A stretch of 64,000 nt of DNA from Candidatus Doudnabacteria bacterium (lineage in GTDB: Bacteria > Patescibacteriota > Doudnabacteria > UBA920). The notes below the pieces were generated by a model. The model did no database searches. It was not told the DNA's origin and worked only from the letters and a program-made list of their open reading frames with translations. Numbering within the stretch: the stretch's first letter is position 1; each line of letters starts with the position of its first letter. The stretch is taken from positions 48,222-112,221 of the forward strand of contig JAEUSF010000001.1 in NCBI GenBank assembly GCA_016788665.1, in the 5' to 3' direction. Below, piece by piece: positions 37,596 through 47,093 of this stretch. The position numbers and the translations under genes are program-made.

Positions 37596-39107
37596 ATGTC
37601 AGAAACTAAAAAAATAGGGCAGTTTATTTCGGAGCTTAGGCAGGAAAGAGGTTTGACGCAAGGTGAGTTGGCGCAAGCATTAAAAACCACACAGTCCGCC
37701 GTTGCAAGAATGGAAAAAGGTCAGCAAAATTTTTCTACAGAAATGCTTAGTAAAATAAGCAAAGTACTAAACAAGGAAATTATTACTTTGGCGGGGCAGA
37801 GCGTGAATTTTAAAGTTGAGGGCGGGCATAAATTAAAAGGCAGAATTGTTACGAACACTTCAAAGAATGCCGCCTTGGGTCTCTTGTGTGCTTCTCTGTT
37901 AAACCGCGGGGTTACAACTCTAAAAAATGTTCCTAAAATAGAAGAGGTTTTCAGAATTTTGGAAGTTATAAATAGCATTGGGGTAAAAACCGAATGGAAA
38001 AATTCTGACTTGGTTATAGTGCCTCCGAAAAAGTTTAGTATAGAAGGGCTTAATTACGAAGCGGCAATAAAAACCCGCAGCGTTATTATGCTTATGGGGC
38101 CCTTAATACATTTTGTTAAAAAATTCTCACTCCCCTTTGCAGGCGGGTGTAAGCTTGGGGAGCGAACTGTCGCACCCCATTTGTTTGCTTTGGAAAGTTT
38201 GGGAGTGGAAATAAAAACTGTGCATGATCATTACGATGTCGAAGCTAAGAAGTTAAAACCGGCAGAAATTGTTTTGTATGAAATGGGTGACACCGTTACA
38301 GAAAATGCTCTTATGGCTGCAGCGCTTGTGCCTGGTAAGACCACAATAAAATATGCATCGGCAAATTATATGGTTCAAGATATGTGTTTGTTTTTGGAGC
38401 ACATGGGGGTCAAAATCGAAGGAGTGGGTACTACCACTTTAATGGTGTGGGGTAAAGAAAAAATAGACGAAGATGTGGAGTTTAGCGTTATGGAAGACCC
38501 TATAGAGTCAATGATGTTTTTGTCATTGGCTGCTGTAACCAATTCGTCTATTGTGATAGAGCGTTGCCCAATAGATTTTTTGGAGCTTGAATTGTATAAA
38601 ATGCGCAAAATGGGTTTTAAATATAAAATTATAAAAAGTTATAAATCTGGTAATGCCCATACCAATTTGGCAGATATCCAAACTTTTGAGTCCTCGCTGG
38701 TGGCCTTGGGTGAAAAAATTCATCCTCTGCCTTCAAATAGCGGCATAAACATAGACAATTTGCCATTCTTTGTGCCTATAGCGGCAAAAGCTAAAGGTAA
38801 AACTTTAATTCACGATTGGGTATATGAGAATCGTGCTATATATTATTTGGAGCTAAATAAGCTTAGGGCAAATATAAGTTTGGCAGATGCTCATAGGGTT
38901 TATGTTGAAGGACCGACTAAGTTTAAGGCGGCGGAAGTTATTTGTCCGCCCGCACTTCGTCCGGCGGTAATTATTTTAATTACTATGTTGGCGGCTGAGG
39001 GTACCAGTATTTTGCGAAATGTTTATTCCATTGCACGCGGATACGAAGATCTGGCTAGTCGACTTAAGTCCCTTGGTGCTAAAATAGAAGTATTGAAAGG
39101 TATATAA
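37596..39107 (+). CDS. murA: UDP-N-acetylglucosamine 1-carboxyvinyltransferase with N-terminal XRE-type HTH domain fusion
   Basis: Residues 1-62 form a complete HTH_XRE (FISELRQERGLTQGELAQAL...). Residue about 70 onward is canonical MurA (KLKGRIVTNTSKNAALGLLCA...; active-site Cys in FAGGCKLGERTVAPH). TATAAT promoter upstream. Confidence 0.85.
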   Translation: MSETKKIGQFISELRQERGLTQGELAQALKTTQSAVARMEKGQQNFSTEMLSKISKVLNKEIITLAGQSVNFKVEGGHKLKGRIVTNTSKNAALGLLCASLLNRGVTTLKNVPKIEEVFRILEVINSIGVKTEWKNSDLVIVPPKKFSIEGLNYEAAIKTRSVIMLMGPLIHFVKKFSLPFAGGCKLGERTVAPHLFALESLGVEIKTVHDHYDVEAKKLKPAEIVLYEMGDTVTENALMAAALVPGKTTIKYASANYMVQDMCLFLEHMGVKIEGVGTTTLMVWGKEKIDEDVEFSVMEDPIESMMFLSLAAVTNSSIVIERCPIDFLELELYKMRKMGFKYKIIKSYKSGNAHTNLADIQTFESSLVALGEKIHPLPSNSGINIDNLPFFVPIAAKAKGKTLIHDWVYENRAIYYLELNKLRANISLADAHRVYVEGPTKFKAAEVICPPALRPAVIILITMLAAEGTSILRNVYSIARGYEDLASRLKSLGAKIEVLKGI

Positions 39108-39152
39108 AATTTTTGTAATTCTGGTTTCATAATCCGGAGTTATGTTTAAGGT

Positions 39153-39728
39153 ATGGACTCTTTTTTAACAACACATTTGGCAGAATGGGGCAATTTTCCT
39201 TATTTGTTAGTTTTTTTCGGAATGCTTATAGAAGGTAATTTAACTTTATTTGCCTCAGGTGTTTTGCTGTCTCAGGGGGTGTTTGACCCGTTGCCTATTC
39301 TTCTTACTACTTTTGCCGGAGCTTTTGCGGAAGACTTCTTATGGTATAGGTTAGGTTTTAGGGTAAAGCAACATACTCATAGAACCGCTGAGTGGGCTGC
39401 AAAAATTACAAATTCGTTTTCAGGGCATTTAAAAAAGAAAAATTTTCGCACCCTGCTTATTTCCAACTTTGTTTATGGTATTCATAGGGCTGTACTTTTT
39501 AGAGCTGGTATGGAAAAATTTCAGTCAAAAAAGTTTTTTAGAAATGTAGCTGTAAGTTTGTTAATTTGGATAGCATTAGTAGGCGGACTTGGTTACTCAG
39601 CCGGAGCTTCGGTGGGACTTTTGCAAGAATATTTTAAGTTTGCTCAAATTTTACTTTTGGTTTTGGTTATTTTATTTCTGCTATTTGAGAGATATGTTGT
39701 CTCAGGGAGACTTAGAAAACGGTTATAA
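39153..39728 (+). CDS. dedA: DedA/VTT family membrane protein
   Basis: LLVFFGMLIEGNLTLFASGVL...FAGAFAEDFLWYRLG matches the DedA signature. Confidence 0.8.
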   Translation: MDSFLTTHLAEWGNFPYLLVFFGMLIEGNLTLFASGVLLSQGVFDPLPILLTTFAGAFAEDFLWYRLGFRVKQHTHRTAEWAAKITNSFSGHLKKKNFRTLLISNFVYGIHRAVLFRAGMEKFQSKKFFRNVAVSLLIWIALVGGLGYSAGASVGLLQEYFKFAQILLLVLVILFLLFERYVVSGRLRKRL

Positions 39729-39730
39729 AA

Positions 39731-39771
39731 AATTGAGACCTTTGCTACTAGCAAAGGTCTCAATTTTTTTT
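39731..39771 (+). terminator. rho-independent terminator after dedA
   Basis: gagacctttgcta cta gcaaaggtctc + T-tract. Confidence 0.75.
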
Positions 39772-39829
39772 TGGATGGTGTGAATGACTATAAAGGAAGG
39801 AAAAGATTATATTTTTATCCAGTTGCCTT

Positions 39830-39903
39830 TGGTGGACTCACCGGGAATCGAACCCGGGCCTCAGCAATGCGAATGCCGTGTAATACCACTTTACTATGAG
39901 CCC
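39830..39903 (-). tRNA. tRNA-Ala, anticodon CGC (G3:U70 present)
   Basis: GGGCTCA...CGGCA-TTCGCAT-TGCTG...CCGGG-TTCGATT-CCCGG-TGAGTCC-A-CCA. Confidence 0.85.
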
Positions 39904-40112
39904 GACAAGGGTAACAGGACCACTGGAATATGGTCTTTTTTGTGAAGAAAGTAATAACTTATTAATTTTAGAACATTATGTTATAGTAGTAAAACTACAT
40001 AATGTAGAATGTTTACGCAGGCACTACGGAGTTTTGTTTTTGGGTTATTGTCTGAATATTATTCAGACAACCTGCCCACTGCTTTACCGTAAACTATAAA
40101 CAACTTTAATCT

Positions 40113-40583
40113 ATGTATAAAATTACAATTATAACTTTGGGAAAATTTAAAGAAAAAGCATACAAGGAGTTGGAAAGCGAATTTTTAAAGCGCCTATCCC
40201 CTTTTGCTAAAGTAAAGATTATTGAATTGCCTGAAATTCCGTATTTTAAAAATGCTGACACAGAAAGAATAAAAGAAAAAGAGGCAGAAAAAATTGTTCA
40301 GGCTATTCCAGACGGAGCGGTTGTTATTCTACTTGAAGAAAAAGGCACTTTGCGAAATTCTAAGGACTTTTCAGTGTTTTTGGAAAGGATTGGAAGTATT
40401 GGTAACGAAATTGTTTTTGTTATAGGTAGTGGCTTAGGCCTACATAAGTCTCTTAAGGAGTATTCGAATTATTCAATTTCGCTCTCCCCTCTTACTTTTT
40501 TACATAACATGGCAAGAGTAATACTCGAGGAACAAATCTATAGAGCTGTTACCATAATAAACGGAAAAGAATATCATAAATAA
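40113..40583 (+). CDS. rlmH: 23S rRNA (pseudouridine1915-N3)-methyltransferase RlmH
   Basis: 156-aa SPOUT protein, MYKITIITLGK...VFVIGSGLGL. Confidence 0.85.
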   Translation: MYKITIITLGKFKEKAYKELESEFLKRLSPFAKVKIIELPEIPYFKNADTERIKEKEAEKIVQAIPDGAVVILLEEKGTLRNSKDFSVFLERIGSIGNEIVFVIGSGLGLHKSLKEYSNYSISLSPLTFLHNMARVILEEQIYRAVTIINGKEYHK

Positions 40584-40640
40584 TATTTTAAAACGGTTTT
40601 GCTAGGTAGGTTTTAAAATATATTTTGAGACAGGTTTTGC

Positions 40641-42062
40641 TTAAATCCCCTTTTGGGGATTTTTTATTCCAGCAATAATTACTAGAGTTCCCCATAGTAA
40701 TAGTTGCGCTTGGTTTAACGTGTAAAAATAGTGGTCAAATTGCATCAAAAATAAGAAACATAGCAAAATGCACAGAATCAAAGCATTTTCTGTGAGGGTG
40801 TTATCTGCTTTAAAAGTAATAAAGAGTTTTTTTAGAGCACTAAAAAAAATAAATAAAATTATAAGTAATCCTGGAATTCCTAACTCAGCTCCAGCGAGAA
40901 CAAAATAATTATGTATAGGTTGCTTTTCCCACGAATTTAATGATCTGCCTGAGTATTGCTCCATGTGTAACACACTCTCCCCCACACCCAAACCCCAAAT
41001 TGGGTTGGATTTAATTGCTGCCAGGCCAATTTTTATATATTCCTTTCGCTCGGCTGAGGCAGCGTCTGAGATAGTTACTCTTGTTGCAATTAATGAGGAA
41101 AATATTAGGCCCAAAGTGACAAAAGTTAGTGTAGGAATAATAAACTCTTTTGCCCATGGGACTCTCTTATTTTTTAAGTAAGCGGTCAAAAAAAGTAATA
41201 AAATGCCAAATATAGCTGCTATTATGGCCGCTCTGGAAAAAGTTAGCAGTAGACCAAGTGAGTTTACGAAATAAACCAAGGTTAAAGCGATTGTTTGGTA
41301 AAGTTTGGTGCTGCGAAATAAGAAATAACTGCATATTAAAAGTGAAATGGCCAAAAAAGCGCCCAAAACGTTTGGGTGAGGAAAGGTGCCATAAGCTCGC
41401 ATATACACGCCGTCCGCTAAGGCTATTTTCGCTACACCCTGCATAGTTGGTAAGATTTTTGATTCTCCCACAAAATACAAACCTAGGGATTTTTGAAGAA
41501 AAAACTGAAGAATGGCAAGAAATCCTTGAAAAAACGAAAAAAATAGAAAACCCTTTAAAATTGGTTGGAGGGTGAATGTTGCATGCGAAACAATAAATTT
41601 TATAGTTTCATATGCAACATAAACAATAATCAGCCATCTTATACTGTAAAAAGTCTGAAAAGAATAAAAAGCGCTATTGTTCAAAAAAATCTCTAAAATA
41701 AGCCAGATAATAAGAATAATATATGAATACTTATACAGCTTATTGGAGGGTTTTGTGTCATTTTCTTCTTGTGCAGGAGGATTGTTTAAAGAGTCGTAAA
41801 TCCCACGTGGGAATTTGTAGCTAATTAGTAGCCCAGTAATTAAAATATCGCTTAAATAAAAGGAAATTGTTGTAAAATCCGAATATTCTCCCAAATTATA
41901 ACTTTGGGGCGTTACGAACACCCACCTGACTGAGAAAAACAAAGAAATAAAAAGTAGAGTAATGAATATATTCTTGTATTGACAAATTATATACTTTATT
42001 GTGTGATGCATTCGAATTAAGTTAGGGCAGATATTTTTCGATTCGTGTAACCATTTTACCAC
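40641..42062 (-). CDS. O-antigen ligase (Wzy_C) family polytopic membrane protein
   Basis: Many TM helices, TFSRAAIIAAIFG and HNYFVLAGAELGIPGL motifs (Wzy_C). Confidence 0.6.
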   Translation of the reverse strand: MVKWLHESKNICPNLIRMHHTIKYIICQYKNIFITLLFISLFFSVRWVFVTPQSYNLGEYSDFTTISFYLSDILITGLLISYKFPRGIYDSLNNPPAQEENDTKPSNKLYKYSYIILIIWLILEIFLNNSAFYSFQTFYSIRWLIIVYVAYETIKFIVSHATFTLQPILKGFLFFSFFQGFLAILQFFLQKSLGLYFVGESKILPTMQGVAKIALADGVYMRAYGTFPHPNVLGAFLAISLLICSYFLFRSTKLYQTIALTLVYFVNSLGLLLTFSRAAIIAAIFGILLLFLTAYLKNKRVPWAKEFIIPTLTFVTLGLIFSSLIATRVTISDAASAERKEYIKIGLAAIKSNPIWGLGVGESVLHMEQYSGRSLNSWEKQPIHNYFVLAGAELGIPGLLIILFIFFSALKKLFITFKADNTLTENALILCILLCFLFLMQFDHYFYTLNQAQLLLWGTLVIIAGIKNPQKGI

Positions 42063-42134
42063 GAACAGTTTTCTGATATAATTTTGATTGTTATTGTTGT
42101 ACCTTGTAGTTTAGTTTGACCCTTCGCCTGGTCT

Positions 42135-42209
42135 GCTCTTGTAGTTCAATGGATAGAACAGCGCCGTCCTAAGGCGTGGATGTAGGTTCGATTCCTACCG
42201 AGAGCACCA
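42135..42209 (+). tRNA. tRNA-Arg, anticodon CCU
   Basis: GCTCTTG-TA-GTTC-AATGGATA-GAAC-A-GCGCC-GTCCTAA-GGCGT...GTAGG-TTCGATT-CCTAC-CGAGAGC-A-CCA. Confidence 0.8.
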
Positions 42210-42371
42210 TAGGCGTGGGGTTATAACAAAATAGTGGAATTATTGCACAATTTATTTTTTGTTTGGAACTGTATAGTTTGTTGGTATGTTGCAGAAAATG
42301 CATCCAAATGTGCAGCTAGTAGTTACCACTTATAACGGCTTATTTAAAAGAAAAATTAATCCTAAAACAAA

Positions 42372-42704
42372 ATGATAGATCCAGAATTACAACATTATTT
42401 GTCCGGCATTAATCAGCATTTGGGCGAAATTAAAAAAAACCAAAAGGTTGGTGTTTGGAGAGCATTTTTTAATGGGGTCTTTGGTGCGTTGGGGTATGCT
42501 GTAGGACTGGCTATTGTTGTTGGAATTTTAGGGTGGATATTAAAGGAAACGGGTTATTTGGGAAAGTTTAGACAACAAGCAAGGGACTTTCAATCAATTA
42601 TAAATGAGTTAAAAAATTTAAGACAACCATTTAACGAAACAGGGGAGAGTGTAATTACATTGCCGGATGGAAGGGAAGTAAAGGTTATTTCTCCCACAGA
42701 GTAA
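42372..42704 (+). CDS. hypothetical small membrane protein (110 aa)
   Basis: One or two TM helices (FFNGVFGALGYAVGLAIVVGILGWIL); no known motif. Confidence 0.45.
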   Translation: MIDPELQHYLSGINQHLGEIKKNQKVGVWRAFFNGVFGALGYAVGLAIVVGILGWILKETGYLGKFRQQARDFQSIINELKNLRQPFNETGESVITLPDGREVKVISPTE

Positions 42705-42760
42705 AATCTTGAAGTATTTCGCAATATAAGTTAAAATTATTTGAGTTAATTGTAATAAAT

Positions 42761-42834
42761 GGGCCAATAGTATAGTGGTAATACACATCCATGGCATGGA
42801 TGGGTTCCGGGTTCGATTCCCGGTTGGTCCACCA
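42761..42834 (+). tRNA. tRNA-Ala, anticodon GGC (G3:U70)
   Basis: GGGCCAA...CATCC-ATGGCAT-GGATG...CCGGG-TTCGATT-CCCGG-TTGGTCC-A-CCA. Confidence 0.85.
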
Positions 42835-43015
42835 GCCTTTCAGCCTTCGTAGCCGGTAATTAGATTTAAGTTTTATCGTTTTGTTTTGCATTACTTACAA
42901 CATAAGCATTTAAACCAAGTTTGCTTCGACTAAGTGGGCGCTAAAGCTTTTGGCTGGCTTGCGCCAAATGCGGAAGCTTGAGTAAAAGGTTTGTCGAAGG
43001 TTGTTTTGTAAAAAA

Positions 43016-43089
43016 CGGGATGTAGTATACCGGTAGTACGCGCGCTTCGGGTGCGTGAAGACAGGGTTCGATTCCCTGCATCCCGACCA
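43016..43089 (+). tRNA. tRNA-Pro, anticodon CGG
   Basis: CGGGATG...CGCGC-TTCGGGT-GCGTG-AAGA-CAGGG-TTCGATT-CCCTG-CATCCCG-A-CCA. Confidence 0.85.
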
Positions 43090-43319
43090 GACTTCGCTGA
43101 AGCTACGTCTGGCCTTTGGCCAGCAAGCAATCCTAAAAGATTTATCGAAGCTTGGTTGGGTAACTAACGAAGTCTGTGTCCACCGAAGCCCCGCCAGGGC
43201 GGGGCGTAGGCGGACTATTCAATGTGGATCAAAAGTTTTTAGAAAGCTAATATTGGTGAGTGTTAGAACCCCCTAAAAGGGGGTTTTAATATGCTTCAAT
43301 ATAATGTTAAAATTAACCT

Positions 43320-44081
43320 ATGAATGAACAAATGGTTATAGAAAAGCAATTGTTAAGTTTTGTGTGCAAAGGAAACAAAAGTGGACGTGCGGTTTTGTTT
43401 TTGCACGGTTGGAGAAGTCAAAAGGAGGTTTGGCAGGGGACTTTTGATGCATTGTTAAAAGAACATCCTGAATTTTGTATTATTGCTTTAGATTTGCCGG
43501 GCTTTGGGAGTTCGTCTTTACCAGTAGGGGATTGGAAGGTTGGGGATTATGCTGACTTGGTTGCAGAATTCATAAAAAAAATGGAATTAAAGGACTTGGT
43601 TTTAGTTGGGCATTCTTTTGGGGGGAGAGTGGCGGTTAAACTGTCTTCAGTGCGAACTGATTTGGTAAAAAGGCTAGTGTTGGTAGATGCAGCCGGTTTT
43701 GTAATGCAAAAAGCAAAGAAAGATGCCTTAAATCTAGCTGCGAAGATTGTTAAGCCTTTGTTTAAACCAAAGTTTATGCAAGGTTTAAGAAAAAAAATTT
43801 ATAAGAGCTTGGGCGCGGAAGACTATGTGGAAACGCCTGAGTTAAGGCAAGTGTACTTAAATGCTGTAAATGAGGATTTGACTCCAAATTTAAAAAGAAT
43901 TTTACAGCCTACTTTAATTGTGTTTGGAGAAAACGATGCTGATACACCCGTAGCATACGGTAAGCAAATGAATAGTCTGATTTTAAACTCAAAATTGCAG
44001 ATTATAAAAAATGCCGGCCATTTTAGTTTTGTAGATAAGCCCAATGAGTTTGTAAATTTATTGAATGATTTTATAAGTTAA
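43320..44081 (+). CDS. alpha/beta fold hydrolase
   Basis: HGW..S nucleophile-elbow GHSFGG, typical alpha/beta-hydrolase layout. Confidence 0.75.
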   Translation: MNEQMVIEKQLLSFVCKGNKSGRAVLFLHGWRSQKEVWQGTFDALLKEHPEFCIIALDLPGFGSSSLPVGDWKVGDYADLVAEFIKKMELKDLVLVGHSFGGRVAVKLSSVRTDLVKRLVLVDAAGFVMQKAKKDALNLAAKIVKPLFKPKFMQGLRKKIYKSLGAEDYVETPELRQVYLNAVNEDLTPNLKRILQPTLIVFGENDADTPVAYGKQMNSLILNSKLQIIKNAGHFSFVDKPNEFVNLLNDFIS

Positions 44082-44083
44082 TC

Positions 44084-45547
44084 TTGTGTTCTTGCCTGCC
44101 AAATTCTAAGGTGAAAAATATGAAAATTTTTAACGTAATAAAATACCAGCTTTATTTGCTTCAGCTGGAAAATTATGAACTGGTTCGTTATTTTGTTTTG
44201 CTTTTTAAAAAAGGCATATTACCGCCGGTTGGATTACGAAAAAGCCTTGTTTGGACTAAGAAAGCCCTATTGCTTTTTAGTTTGGCTGTTGCTACCCATT
44301 TGGTATTGCCAGCTGTTGTTTTCTTTTATTTTACTTCAGGGCTTTCGGTGGTAAGTGTTAGGTATTATGCATTGTGCGCCTTACTGCTTACTGCCTACTA
44401 TTTATTACAGTTTCTATACTTTATACTTTATACTTTATACTCTGTTTTATTCTGGCCGCTGGATTTCATAGTGAAGCAAATAATTATCAAAAAAGCTAAG
44501 TTCAAAGTAAAATATCTTGGTTCCCGAATAAAAATAATAGGTATTGCTGGTAGTTATGGTAAAACTACCATGAAGCATGCGCTTACTAAAGTACTGGGTG
44601 AAAAGTTTAAAGTGCTCAGTACCCCGGAAAGTGTAAATACTTCAATCGGTGTAGCAAGGTGGATACTAAAAGAAGTAGATGAGTCAGCTCAAATTTTAAT
44701 AATTGAAATGGGGGAGCATTACCGAGGTGACATTGAGGCGCTTTGTAAAATAGCCAGGCCAGATATTTCTGTTATAACCGGCATTAACGAAGCACATTTG
44801 GAGCGTATGGGCAGTTTGGACGAAATTGCGTCGACGGTTTTTGAGGCGGTGAGTTATTCAAAACCGGGAGCCGTAATTGTACTAAATGGTGACGACAAGA
44901 ATGTTATGGGTCTTTACAAGGAATTTGTTTGGAAAGACCATAGAGTGGAGAAGTTTCAAATTTCAAATTTCAAATTTCAAAAATTTAACGCCGAAGAGCT
45001 TTTTTGGACGGGTAACCATCCTGAAGCAGGGGAAATAAAAATACATTTATTAGGCGAGTACGCTTTGGGGTATGCAGATGCGGCAATTCAGGTTGCTAAA
45101 AGCTTTGTTATTTCTTGGGAAGAAGTAAGAAGGGGTATAGAAAAAATAAAGCCAGTAGAACATAGGTTGCAACCAATTAGGTCGGCGGGTGATTTGTTGA
45201 TAATTGACGATGCTTACAATGGTAATCCAGAGGGCGCAAGTGAGGCTATTAGGGTTTTGTCACGCATTGAAAATCGAAGGAAAGTTTATATTACTCCTGG
45301 ACTTGTAGAGATGGGCAAGGCGACGAAAGAAGTGCATATTGAAATAGGTGAGCAGTTAGTTGGTGTAGCAGATATAGTAGTGCTAATTAAAAACAGCGTA
45401 ACACCGAGTATAGAATTAGGAATTAAGAATAGAACAGAAATTATTTGGTTTAACACAGCTCAGGAAGCACACTCAAAACTGAGTACTATTTTAAAGCCGG
45501 GAGATGTGGTGGTATTCCAAAATGACTGGGGAGATAACTATGTTTGA
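44084..45547 (+). CDS. murF: UDP-N-acetylmuramoyl-tripeptide--D-alanyl-D-alanine ligase (MurF) with hydrophobic N-terminal extension
   Basis: Mur ligase motifs GIAGSYGKTT, PDISVITGINEAHLERMGSLDEI, DAYNGNP, PGLVEMG. The N-terminal about 120 aa is predicted TM, unlike the canonical MurF N-domain. Contains heptamer tandem repeats. Confidence 0.8.
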   Translation: MCSCLPNSKVKNMKIFNVIKYQLYLLQLENYELVRYFVLLFKKGILPPVGLRKSLVWTKKALLLFSLAVATHLVLPAVVFFYFTSGLSVVSVRYYALCALLLTAYYLLQFLYFILYTLYSVLFWPLDFIVKQIIIKKAKFKVKYLGSRIKIIGIAGSYGKTTMKHALTKVLGEKFKVLSTPESVNTSIGVARWILKEVDESAQILIIEMGEHYRGDIEALCKIARPDISVITGINEAHLERMGSLDEIASTVFEAVSYSKPGAVIVLNGDDKNVMGLYKEFVWKDHRVEKFQISNFKFQKFNAEELFWTGNHPEAGEIKIHLLGEYALGYADAAIQVAKSFVISWEEVRRGIEKIKPVEHRLQPIRSAGDLLIIDDAYNGNPEGASEAIRVLSRIENRRKVYITPGLVEMGKATKEVHIEIGEQLVGVADIVVLIKNSVTPSIELGIKNRTEIIWFNTAQEAHSKLSTILKPGDVVVFQNDWGDNYV

Positions 45548-46709
45548 AATATCAAATATCAAATATCAAATATCAAAGTTAAGGCATGTCTTTACAAGGC
45601 CTAGAGTAAGCTACGAGCCGCTTATTGAAGTGAGGATTTCTAAAGAGGCGATTTTGCATAATCTAAAAACTTATAGAGAAGCTTATCCAAAGTTTGGATT
45701 CGTGCCAGTTTTAAAAAGCAATGCCTATGGGCATGGGTTAGTAGAGGTTGCGAGTATTTTAGACAAAGAGAATGCGCCGTTTTTTATGGTGGATTCTTTT
45801 TATGAAGCTTTGGTTTTAAGAAGAGCAGGAATTAAAACCAAAATTTTGGTGTTAGGCTACGCTACGCTTGAGCAAATAAATAAAAATAATTTAAAAGATG
45901 TAAGCTTTGCGATTATAGACTTAGAGCAGTTAAAAAATATTTCAGCTAACTTAATAAGGAAAACTTTTTTTCATTTAAAAATTGACACGGGAATGCACAG
46001 GCAAGGCATGTTACCTGGGCAAGTAATGGAGGCGGTAAAAATTATTCGAAGCAACAGTAATTTTATTTTGGAAGGTGTGTGTAGTCATTTTGCTGATGCG
46101 GATGGAAAAGACCAGTCTTTTTCAAAAGGACAAATAAAACTTTGGAATGAAGTTTCGAGAGATTTGCAAAATCTATTTAGTTCTATTAAATTTTTGCATT
46201 TGTCCAATACGGGTGGGGCGTTTTATTTACCCGAAATAAATGCGAACGTGGGACGTTTGGGTATTGGCCTGTATGGATTCAATACTTCCCATTTTAGCAA
46301 TTTGAACTTAAAGCCAGCTTTAGAAATGGTTTCGATTGTAACTTCCATAAAAACTATTTCCGCTGGAGAAAAAGTAGGCTACAATAATTTATATACCGCT
46401 ACGCGGCCGACTAAAATTGCAACAGTGCCAGTTGGTTATAACGAAGGTTTGGATCGCAGATTATCCGATAAGGGCTTTGTAAAAATTAATAACTCCTTTT
46501 GCCCTATTGTGGGACGTATAAGTATGAATATGTGCAGCATAGATGTTACAGAAATAAAAAATATAAAGTTAGAGGATGAAGTCGTTGTAATAAGTAGAAA
46601 TTCACAAGATAAAAATTCAGTAGAAAGTATATCGGAGCTTACGGGTCAGATACCTCATGAAATTTTGGTTGATGTGCCAGGGTATTTAAAAAGAGTTGTT
46701 AGTGGTTAA
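45540..46709 (+). CDS. alr: alanine racemase
   Basis: PLP-lysine motif VLKSNAYGHG; start ATG 45540 overlaps the murF stop (ATGTTTGA). The ORF track gives an alternative start at 45504. Confidence 0.85.
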   Translation: MFEISNIKYQISKLRHVFTRPRVSYEPLIEVRISKEAILHNLKTYREAYPKFGFVPVLKSNAYGHGLVEVASILDKENAPFFMVDSFYEALVLRRAGIKTKILVLGYATLEQINKNNLKDVSFAIIDLEQLKNISANLIRKTFFHLKIDTGMHRQGMLPGQVMEAVKIIRSNSNFILEGVCSHFADADGKDQSFSKGQIKLWNEVSRDLQNLFSSIKFLHLSNTGGAFYLPEINANVGRLGIGLYGFNTSHFSNLNLKPALEMVSIVTSIKTISAGEKVGYNNLYTATRPTKIATVPVGYNEGLDRRLSDKGFVKINNSFCPIVGRISMNMCSIDVTEIKNIKLEDEVVVISRNSQDKNSVESISELTGQIPHEILVDVPGYLKRVVSG

Positions 46710-46748
46710 ATTTGTAATTTTATAGTTTTTAATTTTTAAATAAACCCT

Positions 46749-47093
46749 ATGAACTATGATCTCGAGGAGCGTACAGCAAAGTTCGGTGAGAATATTTTAA
46801 ATTTTTTAAAAACTATTCAGGCAGATCATATAACCAAGCCTTTAATAAACCAGCTTGTTCGCTCGGCAACAAGCATAGGTGCTAATTATATGGAGGCGAA
46901 TCAAGCAAGTTCAAAAAAAGATTTTTACAATAAAATAAGAATTTCTCAAAAAGAGTCTAATGAAACCAAGCATTGGATAAGAATGTTATCAACTGTTATG
47001 GGAGAAGAAAAAGAGCAATTAAGAAATTTTTGGAAAGAAGCGCATGAATTAACATTAATTTTTGCAAAAATATCGAAAAGTAATCAAAAGTAA
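46749..47093 (+). CDS. four-helix-bundle protein (23S rRNA intervening-sequence protein family, TIGR02436)
   Basis: SIGANYMEANQASSKKDFYNKIRISQKESNETKHWIRM is the canonical signature; inserted between alr and ddl. Confidence 0.75.
   Translation: MNYDLEERTAKFGENILNFLKTIQADHITKPLINQLVRSATSIGANYMEANQASSKKDFYNKIRISQKESNETKHWIRMLSTVMGEEKEQLRNFWKEAHELTLIFAKISKSNQK

Noticed and set aside
44954-45575. Short tandem repeats (TTTCAAA x4, AATATCA x4) considered as possible CRISPR or phase-variation array
   Set aside because: Units are 7 nt with no spacers; no CRISPR repeat-spacer structure and no cas genes. They are kept as a coding-sequence repeat finding instead.
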